DNA from: Cirrosporium novae-zelandiae
Taxonomy: Eukaryota
Direction: 5' to 3'
Assembly (NCBI GenBank): GCA_026023565.1
Contig: JAPETS010000001.1
Coordinates: 1,674,001 to 1,738,000 of the forward strand
DNA: 64,000 bases
Shown: positions 39,778 through 53,043 of the stretch, piece by piece
Position numbering within the stretch: position 1 is the first letter of the stretch
Layout of the letters: each line of letters starts with the position of its first letter
The notes under the pieces: model-generated
The model's input: the letters and a program-made list of their open reading frames with translations, nothing else
Databases searched by the model: none
Told to the model about the DNA's origin: nothing
Position numbers and translations under genes: made by a program

Positions 39778-41646
39778 TTAGTCTATTGATAAACACTGCA
39801 TTCCGATATCCTTCCAAAGCTTATCTAATTCCTCGCGAACGTGTCCATCGATCCATATCAACGCCTCCACTTCCCTAACCATTTGGATTTTTTCCCCATC
39901 CCCCAATCGAGCCAACATCCCCTTCACCTCTTCCACAAACCATTCCCTTTGCCCTTCTTCCTTCTCTCCATCACCATCCCCATCACTATCTTCACATTCC
40001 AACCCCCCCACAACCGCCCCCCAAAGCCTCAATACCTTAAACTCCCCCTCTCCCCAATTACTTTCCCTACTCTCTAACAATACTTTCTTTAGTTTTGCAA
40101 CCTGGAATCTCGTCACTACGGGAAAGATACCCGAGTTTCGACGGAGAGGGGCGAGGGTTAAGAGGGAGGATAGACGAGTGTGTTCGAGGATTTGGGAGGG
40201 GGTGTTTGTGGTGGTGTAGGGGTTGGACAGGGGGAGGAGGGAGTGGATTAGAGGGCTGAGGTAGGTTAGGGCGGTTGAGTCGGGGAATGTTGTTGCGGTG
40301 GTGGAGCAGAAGTGGTGGAGGGTGGTTGAGAGGGCAGTCAGGATTTGGGTGGTTGAAGAATGGGGAGAGAGTGAGAGTGAGTGCTCCCAGGTCCCCGGGG
40401 GGATGGGGAAGAATGGTGGAATGTCCTGCGCGCAGCAGCCGATGACGTCGACGCTGTGGAGTTGTTAGATTTGGTGGACTGGTGTGTATGGTGAGATATT
40501 TGCTGAGGAAGAGTTCACGAAGGTAAATTGATAAACCGGAAAACTTGAAATAAAATGCGTGGGATGGATGTTATAACTTACAAGAAAAGCATAAGCCGCA
40601 ACGGCTCATTCGATCGCAGAGAATCAACCCCCCCACGCAATCGGATAATCTCCCTAAGACCATTCATATGCACATGCCAGCGCTCAAAGTCTTCAACACG
40701 ATGCTATATACACATACATATAGTAAGCCACACACACCTTCAATCAGCTTTTTCAGAAAATTTACAGTGGGTTTAGATAGGTCTGTCTCTCTATCTGTCT
40801 GCGAGGATGGATTGGACGTAACGTACAGCACGACATGCGAAACCGATTACAGTACCGATGGCACCATCGCTGATTTGAAAAACCGGATCGGATAGTCTGG
40901 AGGTCATGGAGGTTACCGCCAGAGCGTGATGGGCGATGGACCCTTCTTTTTCATACGTCCCGTCCATCTTCTGCTTGTAGTCGAGGTGGAGACAGAAGTT
41001 GGAGAGGACTTGGTGGAAGGCTGCTGGGTCGCCTACACTAAGGGGGTACCAGACTTCTCTGTATATCCTGGAGCTGCAGACCAGGGTTTGGTCGAAAACT
41101 GGCGCCCCGTGGAATTTGTTAGTTGGTGTGGTGTTTTCGATTTTGTTTCTAAGCTAGAGGGGTTAGAAGGTAGGAAGGAGACTGACTGCTGTATACCAGG
41201 CGCTTTGAGCATGGGTCCATTTTGATGGGATACTTCATGAACGGGTCCAACGGCCCTGCTCCAAGTCTGCAGATGCGGGATGGGTAGAATGGGTAGGTCA
41301 TCAAACCCGAGGAGTCGTCCTTGGACACATTACTAAAAGAATTTCCCTCGGCTGTGCCTTGGCTGCTGAAATAGGGTTGACCACTGCCATCTTTCTCCGG
41401 CGGACTAGGCAGCACAGATGGTGGAAGCTGCAGAAGATTTCTCTTTCCATAGGTGTTACTCAGCCTTCGAGCACCCGCTATGTCTTGCATGACATGCTTC
41501 CGGATAAATCTCCTCGTTTCGGCAGTTCTGGTCGAATCTGGATTTGTTATCAGAACAAAAGAGAACTTGGACTGAGAGTCGCTAGGGTTGCGAGAGCTGG
41601 ATTGGCCTGGCTTCGCACCACCACGCCGAAGGGACTTTGACTCCAT
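39778..41646 (-). CDS. Fungal transcription-factor-like protein (Fungal_trans_2/DUF3468-like, no Zn cluster seen), multi-exon
   Basis: N-terminal FVLITNP...RRFIRKHVM and LGAGPLDPFMKYP are typical of this family. C-terminus LRLWGAVVGGL...REWF...VEALIW. Internal exon boundaries are approximate. Confidence 0.65.
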
Positions 41647-42386
41647 GATTTGACATCCACCGGGTTATGGAGGAGGATAGTAGTAGAGAGAAGTCTTGAA
41701 TAATTCATGTTTCTCAAATCAAAGGATTCCAAAGCCCGTGTAATGGTGCAAGCAGAGAGTTTAAGAGCAGGAATAGTAACTAGTCTGAGCCCGGAATTTA
41801 GTGACGTATTCACGACAAGGGTGCCGTTTTCCAAAAGCGGTAAAGCTTGGAATCTAATCCTAACTTCACCCGAAACCGATAATTATTTAGCTTCACGTAT
41901 ATCGGAACCACCACATATGAAGGAACTTCTTTGATTGTTGGTGGACCTGAATTAAATCTTGTATATCCCCGCTTAGAAATCCAACTCGTTTTTAAGCTGA
42001 ATAATTGTGCACGGCCAAGGGTTGGAATCTTGTGTTGATGCGCTATGGATATCTTAGAACATGTGTACTATCCCAGATATGGACAGTGGCACCCTCGTCT
42101 CTTCTGGGAGAATATGTTATTGTGTGCACGGAGAGATTATACTATAACAGCTGACAAGGACCCATTTCTTTGAATCATGTCAATCCTTCAGCGCGTTCTA
42201 ATATAGAATGCATTTCTTCTGCTTAACAATCAGCAATCATGAATTTTCTATAAATCAGTCACTGCTCTCTCTTCCAAATAGATCACACATACAGTCAAAG
42301 ATTCTGTTTCTCACTGCTTTCTCAGTCCCCAAATAACAATCTCAGTTCTTATATCTTTATTCCAAGCTACTTTGAAAAACCTCATC

Positions 42387-43593
42387 ATGAAGGAAACCGT
42401 CAAGATGGATAAACTCTTCACCCCGATCAAAATCGGCAAATCCCAGCTTCAGCAGCGAATCGTCATGGCACCGATGGCTCGTTTCCGCGCTGACGATTCC
42501 CAAACCCCCCTCCCATTCGTAAAAGAGTCTGTCTCTCCTCCATTTCCCAGCCCAACCAACCTCCTAGCCTAGCCACACCCCACTAACCACCTCAATAACC
42601 CCCCTCAGATACTACACCCAAAGAGCCTCTACCCCCGGCACACTCCTAATAAGCGAAGCCACCTTTATCAGCCCCCCCACCGTCGGCTACTTAAACATGC
42701 CGGCAATCTACACCCCCTCTCAAATCTCAGCATGGAAAGAGATCACCTCCGCCGTCCACGCCCAACACTCCTTCATATACATGCAAATCGTAGCCCTAGG
42801 CCGCGCCGCCGACATCTCCACTCTAACCGCCAAGGGCCACGACCTCGTATCCAGTAGCGCCGTACCCATAGGCACCTTCACCCCAACACCCCGCGCACTA
42901 ACAGAACCCGAAATCAAGGAATACATCCACTCGTTTGCGGAAGCGGCCAAGAACGCTATCGAGGCTGGATTCGATGGTGTAGAAATCCACGGCGCGAATG
43001 GCTACCTGGTTGATCAGTTTATTCAGGATACATGCAACAGGCGCGAAGACAGCTGGGGCGGCTCTATCGAGAATCGCTCCCGGTTTGCCATTGAAGTTGC
43101 TAAGGCTGTTGTCGCTGCCGTGGGGGCAGACCGCACGGGGTTTAGACTCTCCCCGTTTAGTCAGTTCCAGAGCATGCGGATGGCGGATCCGATTCCCCAG
43201 TTCAGCCATCTGATTCGCAACCTCAGATCCCTGAACCTTGCTTACCTCCATTTGATCGAGCCTCGCGTCCTTGGCGAGTTCGACATCGATGCCAAATCGC
43301 ACGACAGTCTCAACTTTGCGCTTGAGATCTGGGGGCCTGATAGCCCGGTTATCGTGGCTGGGGGGTTCAAGCCTGGCGAATGTAGAGTGGATATTGAGAA
43401 TAGGTATGGGGGTTATCAAGTTGCGGTTGCGTTTGGGAGGTATTTTACTTCGAATCCGGACTTGGTTTTTCGGATTCGGGAGGGCGTGGAGCCAAGGCCG
43501 TATGAGCGTGAGACTTTTTATTTGCCGAAGATGAGGAGGGGGTATGTGGATTTTTCGGTTTGTGGGGAGTTTGACCAGAGGGTGCGGGTGTAG
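42387..43593 (+). CDS. Old yellow enzyme / NADH:flavin oxidoreductase (2 exons)
   Basis: Motifs LFTPIKIG, RIVMAPMARFRA, YYTQRA, EIHGANGYLVDQF, WGGSIENRSRF and FGRYFTSNPDL. Intron at about 42527-42608. The start may instead be the ATG at 42405. Confidence 0.92.
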
Positions 43594-44255
43594 TGGGGAT
43601 GGATGTGTCTTAAGGGTAGGGGTAGAGGGGGTTGATTTAAGGGTGTTTGGAGAATGATAGATGGGTGTAGTTATATGCGGGGGATTACTAGAGTCGTAAA
43701 ACCCCGGACATTTTTATTTTCCGATTGATCATATTAGCTAGAAGACGATAGATAGTAAAGAGGCATATATCAAGCAAGCATTTGCCTTTATTGACCTTAA
43801 CCTCTCAATTGATTCCTAGTACCCCTTTCGCATTCATACATCAAAGTTTAAACTGGTAAACCCCTCTGCCCTCCTCGCTTTCGCTTCTCGTTACTCTCCT
43901 CATCTCGCCCTCCAAAGCTTTCACGAACCACTTTTCCCTTTTTGCTGGTACTAGGTTAAACCTTAGCTCCATATTCGTATTTAGTTAGGAAGGTCCATGG
44001 GCCACACACGGGGATTGTGGAAAGCAGAGCATCAACCAAGCGGAGAGTTCCAATGAAGGTTAACAGGTCGAGGGTAGTGAGGGATATATATAGTAAAGTT
44101 TCTTCTTGAGGAATAACAGGGGAATAGGTAGAATAATAGGATAATAGGTGGTAGGGATGGGTTAATGGCGTTATTGAGATAGGAGAAGGGGGCTGATGTT
44201 CTGGAATGCTGGTTTTTTCTTTTTCTCCCTTTTTTTTTTGTTTAATGTTGACGTT

Positions 44256-44257
<2 letters not shown>

Positions 44258-44299
<42 letters not shown>
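44258..44299. repeat. (AGT)14 microsatellite
   Basis: Read directly. Confidence 0.95.
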
Positions 44300-44300
<1 letters not shown>

Positions 44301-45517
44301 AAAAAGGAATGAATAGGATCGAATGAGGTTGCACACGTACAGTTCAGGGTGAGAAGATCACTTAGCTGAATGAGGGAGTGTGTGATCATGCATGGCTATC
44401 GTGTGCCATGTCGTGTCATGCCATGGGGTATCACGTCCCATCAATCCTATCACTTCAAAAAAGAAAGAAAAAGAAAAAGGAGATTCTACTCATGGGGTTT
44501 GAGCTGTTCTCAATGAGAGAGGGAGAATAAGAATGGATAGACGGATAGATGGGTGGATAGGGGATGTAGGATACAATATATAATTATTGGTCGAGTCAAG
44601 TATCGAGCCCAAGTATGGACAGTCATGAGCTGGATCCTCTTTTAACAAGGCTGACTGGGTAAATAGGTAGGTAGCTTAGGTGCGGTTGAGTACTTGCAGC
44701 CTTACAGCCTTACCTCCCCTCCAGCGCAGTCAGTTGCCTATGGCACCCAATGGAGGTAGAACTAAAACAAAAAAACAAAAAGACCGAGGGGGTTCTTGTG
44801 AATGAAAAGCTAGTGTTGAAATAACGATTGGTTTGTTGCTTTGAGGACTTTATATAAGGTCAAATTAGTGTATAGGGCTCTAGTGTGCAAACCATGCAAA
44901 CATATATACAACATACCTAGGTACAGTACATACACCATCCAAAGCGTAATCGCAACTGGTTACCCGATCTGTACTAAAATGGTGTTTTTTAGACCATTCG
45001 AAACTCGTTTTGTGTGAAAAGCCTTCTTAGAGTTAATTTTCATTTCATTTTTAGGTCTCTAATCGCTTTTACTTCCTAATTGTCTGTCGAAAAGGTATAG
45101 CTTATGAGCTTCTATTTAAGCTAGGTTCTTGAAAGAGCTTCCTTGCACGCTTGCTGGATCGAAGTGATGTCGAATCCGCTAATGGTACTACTGTGCGGGG
45201 TTTTGAAAACGGGTGTGTGCTATGTATGCGGGTGGCGTCAACTAGCTTTCTTTTCCACCAGTAAAGTAGTGGGGAGATGAGAAAGCATTGGTGACCTCCT
45301 CGTTTGGAGGATGCGGAGATGTGTGGTCGCGAACATGGAATACGAAGATGGATGGGTAAGCTGAAGTAAGCTGACGGTGATAGCTCTTGATTCTCGTGCT
45401 ATATAAAGTGCTCTGCCCCTAGATAGATATGTTAAGAAGAAAAAGAAAAAGGACAAGGAAAAAGAAATATTTATCTTCACGAACGCATATCTATCAAAAA
45501 TTAATTCAACCAGTGAA

Positions 45518-46014
45518 ATGCCAGCAGCCGGGTCATGTTTCTGCGGAAAAGTCAAATATGAATATGCTGGAGATCCTGTCATGAAGGCAAAGCCAACCCC
45601 TGCCCAAATTCCATGGTTTTGCATCCATATATATAGTAACCATGCTGAGACTCCACTCATTAGGCTACCTGTCATTGCCTCGAATGTCGCAAGATCTGTG
45701 GCGGGACCAACACAGTCAACCTATTGGTGCCCATTGACAAGTTTCACATCACCACCGGGTCACCAAAGTCATATTCCAAAGCCCACGAGAGTGGAATGAC
45801 ACTAACGGTTTTCTTTTGCGGCGATTGTGGGAGCGTTCTATATAAAGAAGGGACCTTAGAGGCCTTTCATGGGATGGCGATTGTTCAGGCAGGCACTCTT
45901 GACAATGCGGATGCAATCAATCTAGTAAACCCGGAAGCGGAGCTGTACGTCAAGTATCGCGCTGCTTGGTTGCCTGAGCTGAGCAATGTTGGGAAAATGC
46001 AGGAGTTTTCTTGA
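45518..46014 (+). CDS. GFA/Mss4-like (DUF636/CENP-V family) zinc-binding protein, 2 exons
   Basis: GSCFCG...ATCHCLECRK...FFCGDCGS...QAGTLD...ELYVKYRAAW. Intron 45587-45663 with a probable GC donor. Confidence 0.88.
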
Positions 46015-48149
46015 TCCTGTCACCGTAAGCATTGAGCGTATGCTGTGAATATCATTTTCATGCTTGTTTGGAATACCAAGAGGGTGTTGTATTCCATAGG
46101 TAACAACATTATTTGCAAATTGGATAACAGTTCTAGGGAATAAGAAACCCAACCAGTGTCGCAAACATTATTGGAAAAGGAGACAGAAATACGTAGAATA
46201 CAACATAAGAATAGATAGCAAAGCTAATGAAATCCTAACGTGAGGAAAGCTTTGTTACGCCGAAAATCCTCGCGAGCATAAATTTGAATTCAATGTCAAA
46301 AATGTTTGGGTTCGCTAACCGGGTAATTAAACCGGGTAAATAGACCCGTAACGTTGGGAAATGATTGGCTTCAGGGATTGGCTTCGCTTCGCTTGGCCAT
46401 TTTCGGCCCTTTTTGTTCATAAAGAGTAACGCTTTTATGACGCAGGGAATAGTGGGTATACTCGTACATTAAGAACTCAACATCAGTTTACCACCAGTTT
46501 GCAGGTTTTGAACCCAGACAAAGTGAGCTAACCATATCAGGATAGACCCATCACTCTTAGTAGACACATCGATGAACGCCCGGACTGAGCTGCTCGGAAC
46601 AACAACCACCTCGCATCTAACCTCGAATAATAAAGTGAAACATCATCATACAATAACTAGACAATAATCTTCATCCAATGTGAGTTCTCCTCGTACTTTA
46701 TTTAAATATCAAAGTGGAAGGATTCAGGAACGGTTAAGCGACGAAATAACTGACCTGGTCTGATAAAAAAATCATGAGAGTGATGATTATCGAGTAACAA
46801 GACATTTGTGGTCCCACCATGTGCTTCCTGGTCCTCTGATTTACACAGATCCACTCTAGCTAAAGCTGCATCCAAAAATTCAATAACAAAACAAAAGTGG
46901 TTCATCAGTGGATCCATCCACCATGGCCCTCTCGTCCTTATTATCATAAGCGGCGTCGTCCGGCGTTATTCTTATCATTTCAAAGGCCCAAGCAGCCTGA
47001 GGATAATGACGCTCGGCCCCCAACCTCTAGAGCCGCATGAAGAAATCGTCCAATGGTGGCGTTGGTTGCAAGGTAGGTGAGATTAATATCGGCAGCGGAT
47101 CCGAATCTCATTGAGATAACGTTCAAACAGTCCAATTTTAGAATAGTCTGTCTCTAGCATGTTCATCCTAACAGTTGCCTATATCCATCATCTCAAACTC
47201 ATTGGATAGCTTCAATATCTCCAATGTTTGTATTCACGAGGTGAAACCTAAAGGCGACATGCGAACAATAAAATGAATAATCATCATTTATTCACGAGGT
47301 GTAGGATCCCTTTTCCCCACCATTAGCAGTGCCTCTAATTGAGAAAGTAAGTGGGCCTCTCAATGCTATAGAGTGTTAGCGAGCTCATCCTAGTAGAAGC
47401 AGGTTCACAGCCAACAAGATTTCTTCTTCAACAAGTCATCGCTTAAGGAAGAAGAATCTGAAAGTGAAATGACCTTTGGACAGGGAAAAGCTGCAGAAGA
47501 AACTGTCGAGTTTAAGTTTCTAGGGCTATGGCGACGTTGACTAAGCTTTACTGATAAAACTAAGCCCTGACCTTTCCGCTATTAGAACATTCGGTGGGAC
47601 TCAACGCCCCACCGGCCCATTAATACAGGCCCATACTGGGAATGGTCTTCTCTTGCGAATTGAAAACAGTCTGCATGAATGTGCGAAACACGGAAACAAC
47701 GATGTAGTCAAGTAGCATCAGAAATGATCACTCACTAAGAGTCTGTCGCTTGTCATCTTTCCTGTCGGTCATTTGATCTTGTTCTTTAACATAACTGGCC
47801 AATTTAATATAAAAGTTTGCCTGAGATGGATGCAATTGACAGGAGGCCTTACCCCTATAGCACCAAAGTCAAAGGATCAGGTCTCCTAGTAAAGTAGACC
47901 CATCTAACACTCCACATCCCTTGTTCTTGTCTATTCATAAGCCCTGTTTTCTGGAAGACTCCTATCGCCGAAATGATCCACCACGGTGTTATCTCGGAAT
48001 GATGATAACCTAGATGGTTCTAACAGGAATGACGGGAGAAATGCGGATCAAGCGCTCCACCTTTTTTAAACTGCCATTGTACATGTACATGTACAATTCC
48101 GTTTCTGAGAGGGCCTTGATATCCATCATCCATTGACCAATTCTCCAAC

Positions 48150-49883
48150 ATGGCAGACAAACCTATGGCGGCGCACCATACCGAATCGACAGATACACCA
48201 GAGATTGAGAGAAGCAACCTTCCACAACCACAAGACCCTCTCAAGCGATCCTTGTCACTAGAAGAAGAGGCTTCAGATGACCACCGGGAGGAGGTAGAGA
48301 GCGTAAAGGGGCGGATAGTGGGTGGTTTGTACCTCGATAGTCTTCAGGGAGAGGATGAGATCGACTCCCAATATGGGCCCCTCAAGAAAGTCGATATCGA
48401 TCTGCCACTCACATTGACAACTGTCGTACATCAAAATGAGGAAAAATATATCTTGCTCAAGTTTGTGCCAGGTGATAAAGAGAATCCATTCAATTGGAGC
48501 CAAGGGAAAAAGGCATCTATCAGTTTAATCCTCTGCCTGATGACCCTCTTCATTGGATTGGCGACCAGTGCTTACAGCGTTGGTGTCACTCGAATGACGG
48601 AAGAGTTGGGCGTATCATCAGAGCTGGGACAGCTAGGCATGTTTACCTTCAATTTCGCCTGTGCCATTGCACCTCTTTTCCTGGCACCGTTTTGCGAGCT
48701 TGTTGGTAGAAGGGTCATTTACATTGGAGCATACGGTTGCTTCATCCTCGTCTTTATTGGATTGGCCCTGGGCAAAAACATTGCAACCATTCTTGTTTGT
48801 CGTACGCTGTCTGGTCTCTTTGGTTGTGTTGGTACTATCTTGGTTGGAGGTACCTTTAGCGATATGTATCCCTCAGATTCTCGATCAGTGCCAATGGCTT
48901 GTTTCTCGTACGTGGCCATTCTAGGAACCGTAGCAGCACCTATCTACTGCGGCTTCATTGATGAGACGATTGGATGGAGGTGGATCGAAGGAATCCAGGG
49001 ACTGTCGAACATACCTCTGTTTGTAGTCAGCTTTTTCGCCCTACGAGAAACTCGAGGTGGAGTTACACTTCAAAAGCGTGCCAAACTCCTTCGCGAAGAG
49101 ACTGGAGACGATCGATACCGTTCCCCAATGGACCTAGAAGCTCGCAATATCAAGGAAATGCTCCATGCTTCATCGGTCAAGGCTGTTCATATGCTGGTGA
49201 CCGAGCCCGTTGTCTTTGGGTTTGGGCTGTGGATCGCATTTGCATGGTTTATCACCTTCCTCTTCCTCTCGGTCATCTCCATCACTTACCAGGAGAATCA
49301 TGGATGGGATGAAGGAATTGGAGGTCTCCCTTACATCTCACTTTGTATCGGCACAACAATCGGTTTCGCAGCAAACTTCCTCCAGATTCGCAAATACAAT
49401 TCCCTCGTCGCATCAAAAGATCAAAAGGCCCTTCCAGAATCCCGGCTTTATGGAGCCATGTGGGGTGCCTTTTGGCTCCCCATTGGACTATTCATATACA
49501 GCTTCACTCAATATGGCTTTGTCCACTGGATAGGACCTACCATCGCACTGGTCCTCATCGCAATTGGAATCTTCTTTATCTTCGAATCCTGCTACAGTTT
49601 CACAGCCGACTGCTACGGCGAGAACTCATCATCTGCCATCGCCGGCCAAGGACTCATGAGGAACACGCTTGGTGCCGTCTCACCTCTTTTCGCTTCCCAG
49701 TTCTTTCACAGTATTGGTAGCCAGTATGCCGGTTTGATTCTGTCTCTCATCGCAACCGCCCTCACGCTTATTCCATACGTACTCTTCAAGTATGGCCACA
49801 AGCTTCGTGCACGATCGGCACTTGCGCAGACGGAAGTCGAAGGGGAAGAGGATGATGAGAAGAATGGAGAGATATACCTGTGA
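48150..49883 (+). CDS. MFS transporter, DHA1 family (Tpo/Bsu1-like), intronless
   Basis: 577-aa ORF with DKENPFNWS, APFCELVGRR, GGTFSDMY, GWRWIEG, PESRL and SAIAG; about 12 hydrophobic segments. Confidence 0.9.
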   Translation: MADKPMAAHHTESTDTPEIERSNLPQPQDPLKRSLSLEEEASDDHREEVESVKGRIVGGLYLDSLQGEDEIDSQYGPLKKVDIDLPLTLTTVVHQNEEKYILLKFVPGDKENPFNWSQGKKASISLILCLMTLFIGLATSAYSVGVTRMTEELGVSSELGQLGMFTFNFACAIAPLFLAPFCELVGRRVIYIGAYGCFILVFIGLALGKNIATILVCRTLSGLFGCVGTILVGGTFSDMYPSDSRSVPMACFSYVAILGTVAAPIYCGFIDETIGWRWIEGIQGLSNIPLFVVSFFALRETRGGVTLQKRAKLLREETGDDRYRSPMDLEARNIKEMLHASSVKAVHMLVTEPVVFGFGLWIAFAWFITFLFLSVISITYQENHGWDEGIGGLPYISLCIGTTIGFAANFLQIRKYNSLVASKDQKALPESRLYGAMWGAFWLPIGLFIYSFTQYGFVHWIGPTIALVLIAIGIFFIFESCYSFTADCYGENSSSAIAGQGLMRNTLGAVSPLFASQFFHSIGSQYAGLILSLIATALTLIPYVLFKYGHKLRARSALAQTEVEGEEDDEKNGEIYL

Positions 49884-51881
49884 ATGCCATCAGATGTCTC
49901 ATATCGCCCCAACCACGTTCATTGATACACATCAAGACAATAAGACAGTGTTACGGGTATTGGAGACATGCACATAAGGTTCTCTCGGGTGCATGCTAAC
50001 GAAAGGAAAAAGAAATGAGCCCAAGGTCTGAACAATCTTTCTTCTCTTCAAGGGCTTAAATCAACACGGAGAAACGCGAATGAGATAATAGATGGGATGA
50101 CAGTGATGCAGAGGGGTTGGTGTTATTTTTGGCGGCCATTATTCTTGGAATAATTGTGCAGGCCATTGTATCTGGGTGAATATGTAGATATCTGTATCCT
50201 TAGTCGTCAATTTAGGCAGCCATCTATGTATATATGTCAATTTGCTGGAGAAATATCTGTTATATTTGCTTTTAGGCTAAAGTGAGGTGTGGGCGCAAAT
50301 TACTTTCAAACTGACAAGACCCGTTCGGGTGTGGCTTCGGGACTTGGTCGGTTCGGAGATTCGGCCCGCGCGATCTTGATTAGAGCGGAACGGGACGGGG
50401 AAAAAGGTGTGGTAGATTAATACCACAGTTGGGACATGAATTTAAAGTGAGCTTGATGGAATCTGAATTCGGGTTTATTCTAGGTGCATTGTTAGGTGAA
50501 GTTTGAATAATCTGAAATATGTGTATATATTATTTGTAGGTGGCTTACTTGCTGTGTTGATGACATCTTCTCTGGTAGGCTTTCCCGATGTGTTTGACCC
50601 TGATACTCTGCGGTCTCGGCCTTCTAACTCGTTCTGTACATCATTAATAACGCTGGGTATTGGCAGCGCTCCCGATACGCACGGCCGCGTGGTGCATAAA
50701 AATGACATTTCATTTTGACGTTTTCCATCTCGTTGAGCCAATAACCAAATAACCTTGAACTCCCCGCCAGAGAGTATTTCCTCAATTTGCAACCATTACC
50801 GGAGTAACCGATTGGAACAAAGGCCTACCTATCAAACGTTTCGTTTGATAAATACCTTTGTAAATTTTCTCCCATTCTAAAAAAAACACACAGGCTCGAA
50901 AACGCTATTCGTGAAAGCTCTCGCATGGAATTTCCCCCACCGGACATCGAAGATCGGGATCTTAACCCCACGGGACGTAACTCATCAATCCAAGAATTAT
51001 CGTCGCAGACAAGGTATGGTTGGCCTGTGCCTGCTAACTATATTTCGTTAATGCTCGTCATATATTTCCATGATTTGCTGCAGACAACTACTAAATAGAC
51101 CCCTAGTACAATAGGTCTGCACGAATAATTCTTGGATCAATAAGTAGCCATCTTGAGGGCTATAGACCCTCATACTATAGCATCTTACCAAGGAGTGCAT
51201 TTCTTATGGAATTTTTCGTCCACAGCATGGGTATATACTATGCAACATCGTCGTTCATATAAGATGCAACCCTGCAAAAGTGTCCAGTGCTTTATGGACT
51301 GTTCCAAGCATCGCAGGGGCATCAGTTGCATTTTTACCAGCTGATGTCTATAATTGATGACTGGTTTTGATATTGTTAGCGCTGAACTCGTTTCGTCGGC
51401 CAATCGGCTAGTCCTAAATTTTAAACACTTGAAAGCACAAGCTGGAAATATTTATTATTTTTTTATCCAGCGAACAAATCATGTTATATCTCTAACCTGA
51501 TCAGGTATAGCACCCGCAAAAGCTAACGGCAAATATTCCCCCATTGCAGGAAACTTGACAACCCCCATCAACAGTGTATTGCGGAAGCGAAGCTACATGC
51601 AATCGGACCCCCTCCCGTGTGACAGAGAGTCCACTCTTCCAATAAGGATAACGAACTAGTCGAAGACGTTGACTACATTGTATGCAAAATATGAGGCTAG
51701 TTCTTGCAAGTCTTCGATCTCGACCTTCAACTTATTGTGGCTCGTGGTAACAGCACCTTTTTAAATACGGTATACTTTCAAGGCTTGTCGTGATGAAGAT
51801 TTCTCTTACTTTTGGATTCTTGAATTTGCTGGTTTCAATTAATATCTATTCTTAACGACTTATCTTCAAGCAGTTCCAGTT

Positions 51882-53043
51882 ATGTCAGGACCAACAAATG
51901 ATCCAGTCGTGGGAAACCAGCCCATAGCGGATGACGATGAAAGTACGGATTCTGGCGTTGAAGGTTTGAGCGATATCACAAGTACATCTACATCTCTCGC
52001 TTCGAGCATACTCGACTATCGAAAAGAGAATGGCAGAACCTACCATGCATATAAGGATGGAAGTGAGCATCTATAAGATCCTCTGAATGCAGTAACTGAT
52101 ACGGCAAGAATACCTCTATCCAAATGATGAAACAGAAAATGAGCGTCTTGACCTTCAACATCATCTTTTTCTCCTAAGCATGGACAACAAGCTCCATCTA
52201 GCCCCCCTTAAAAATCCACAGAAAGCTCTCGACTTCGGAACTGGTACAGGGATCTGGGCCATCGAATTTGCGGACCAATACCCCGAGGCTGAAGTCATCG
52301 GTACAGATCTCAGTCCTATCCAACCCAGCTGGGTTCCACCAAATTGTCGATTCCTAGTTGACGACGCCGAAGAGGAATGGAACTATACAGATTCCGACCG
52401 TTTCGATTATATTCATGGTCGTATGATGACGAGCAGTTTCAAGGATCCAGTAAAAGTTTTCAGAGAAGCATATCGTTGTTTGAAACCAGGAGGCTATTTT
52501 GAAATGCAGGACGTCCTTCATCCGTACGGGTGCGACGACGGCAGTATGTCTCCATCAAGCCCGATTTTAAAATGGTGTAACTTGATCCTGGAAGCTTCCA
52601 GGAAGTTCGGTAAACCTCTGGATCAGGTAAAATATTACAGAAAGTGGATGGAAGAAGCAGGCTTTCCGGCAGATAATATCCAAGAAACGCTTTATAAATG
52701 GCCGACCAATTCGTGGCCCAAAGGAAAGAAAAATAAGGAACTCGGCCTTTGGAGCTTGGAGAACAACCTGCAAGGGTTATCAGGATTCAGCTTAGCTCTA
52801 CTTACACGGGAGTTGGGATGGACCAAAGAAGAAGTGGAAGTGTTTCTAGGTACGTGTGTCTTTTTTATGAATAGGATGGAGCTAACATTTGGCAAAGTTA
52901 ACGTTAGGGAGGAATTAAAGAACAAGAAGGTTCATGCATATGTTCCGATGTAAGTTCCCCGACGTTAAGATAAAACGGAGCGGCATTAACATCTTAACAG
53001 CTATGTCTTCGTTGCACAGAAGCCAGAGAATGCATCCGACTGA
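51882..53043 (+). CDS. LaeA-like / TAM-domain SAM-dependent methyltransferase (multi-exon)
   Basis: Motifs SILDYRKENGRTYH, PNDETENERLDLQH, LDFGTGTGIWA, GTDLSPIQP and LKPGGYFE. Last exon YVFVAQKPENASD* ends at 53043. Confidence 0.9.

Noticed and set aside
43956..44389. Poly-Tyr and poly-Thr ORFs
   Set aside because: Artefacts of the (AGT)14 microsatellite.
51493..51522. AACCTGATCAGGTATAGCACCCGCAAAAG resembles the 3' half of a TPP riboswitch
   Set aside because: There is no upstream CTGAGA element, the P5 stem does not pair convincingly, and no thiamine gene is adjacent. CCTGATCAGG is explained as a simple palindrome.
52850..52897. Apparent 16-aa insertion (GTCVFFMNRMELTFGK) in the methyltransferase ORF
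   Set aside because: It is a stop-free 48-nt canonical intron (GTACGT...GCTAAC...AAG), not a protein feature.
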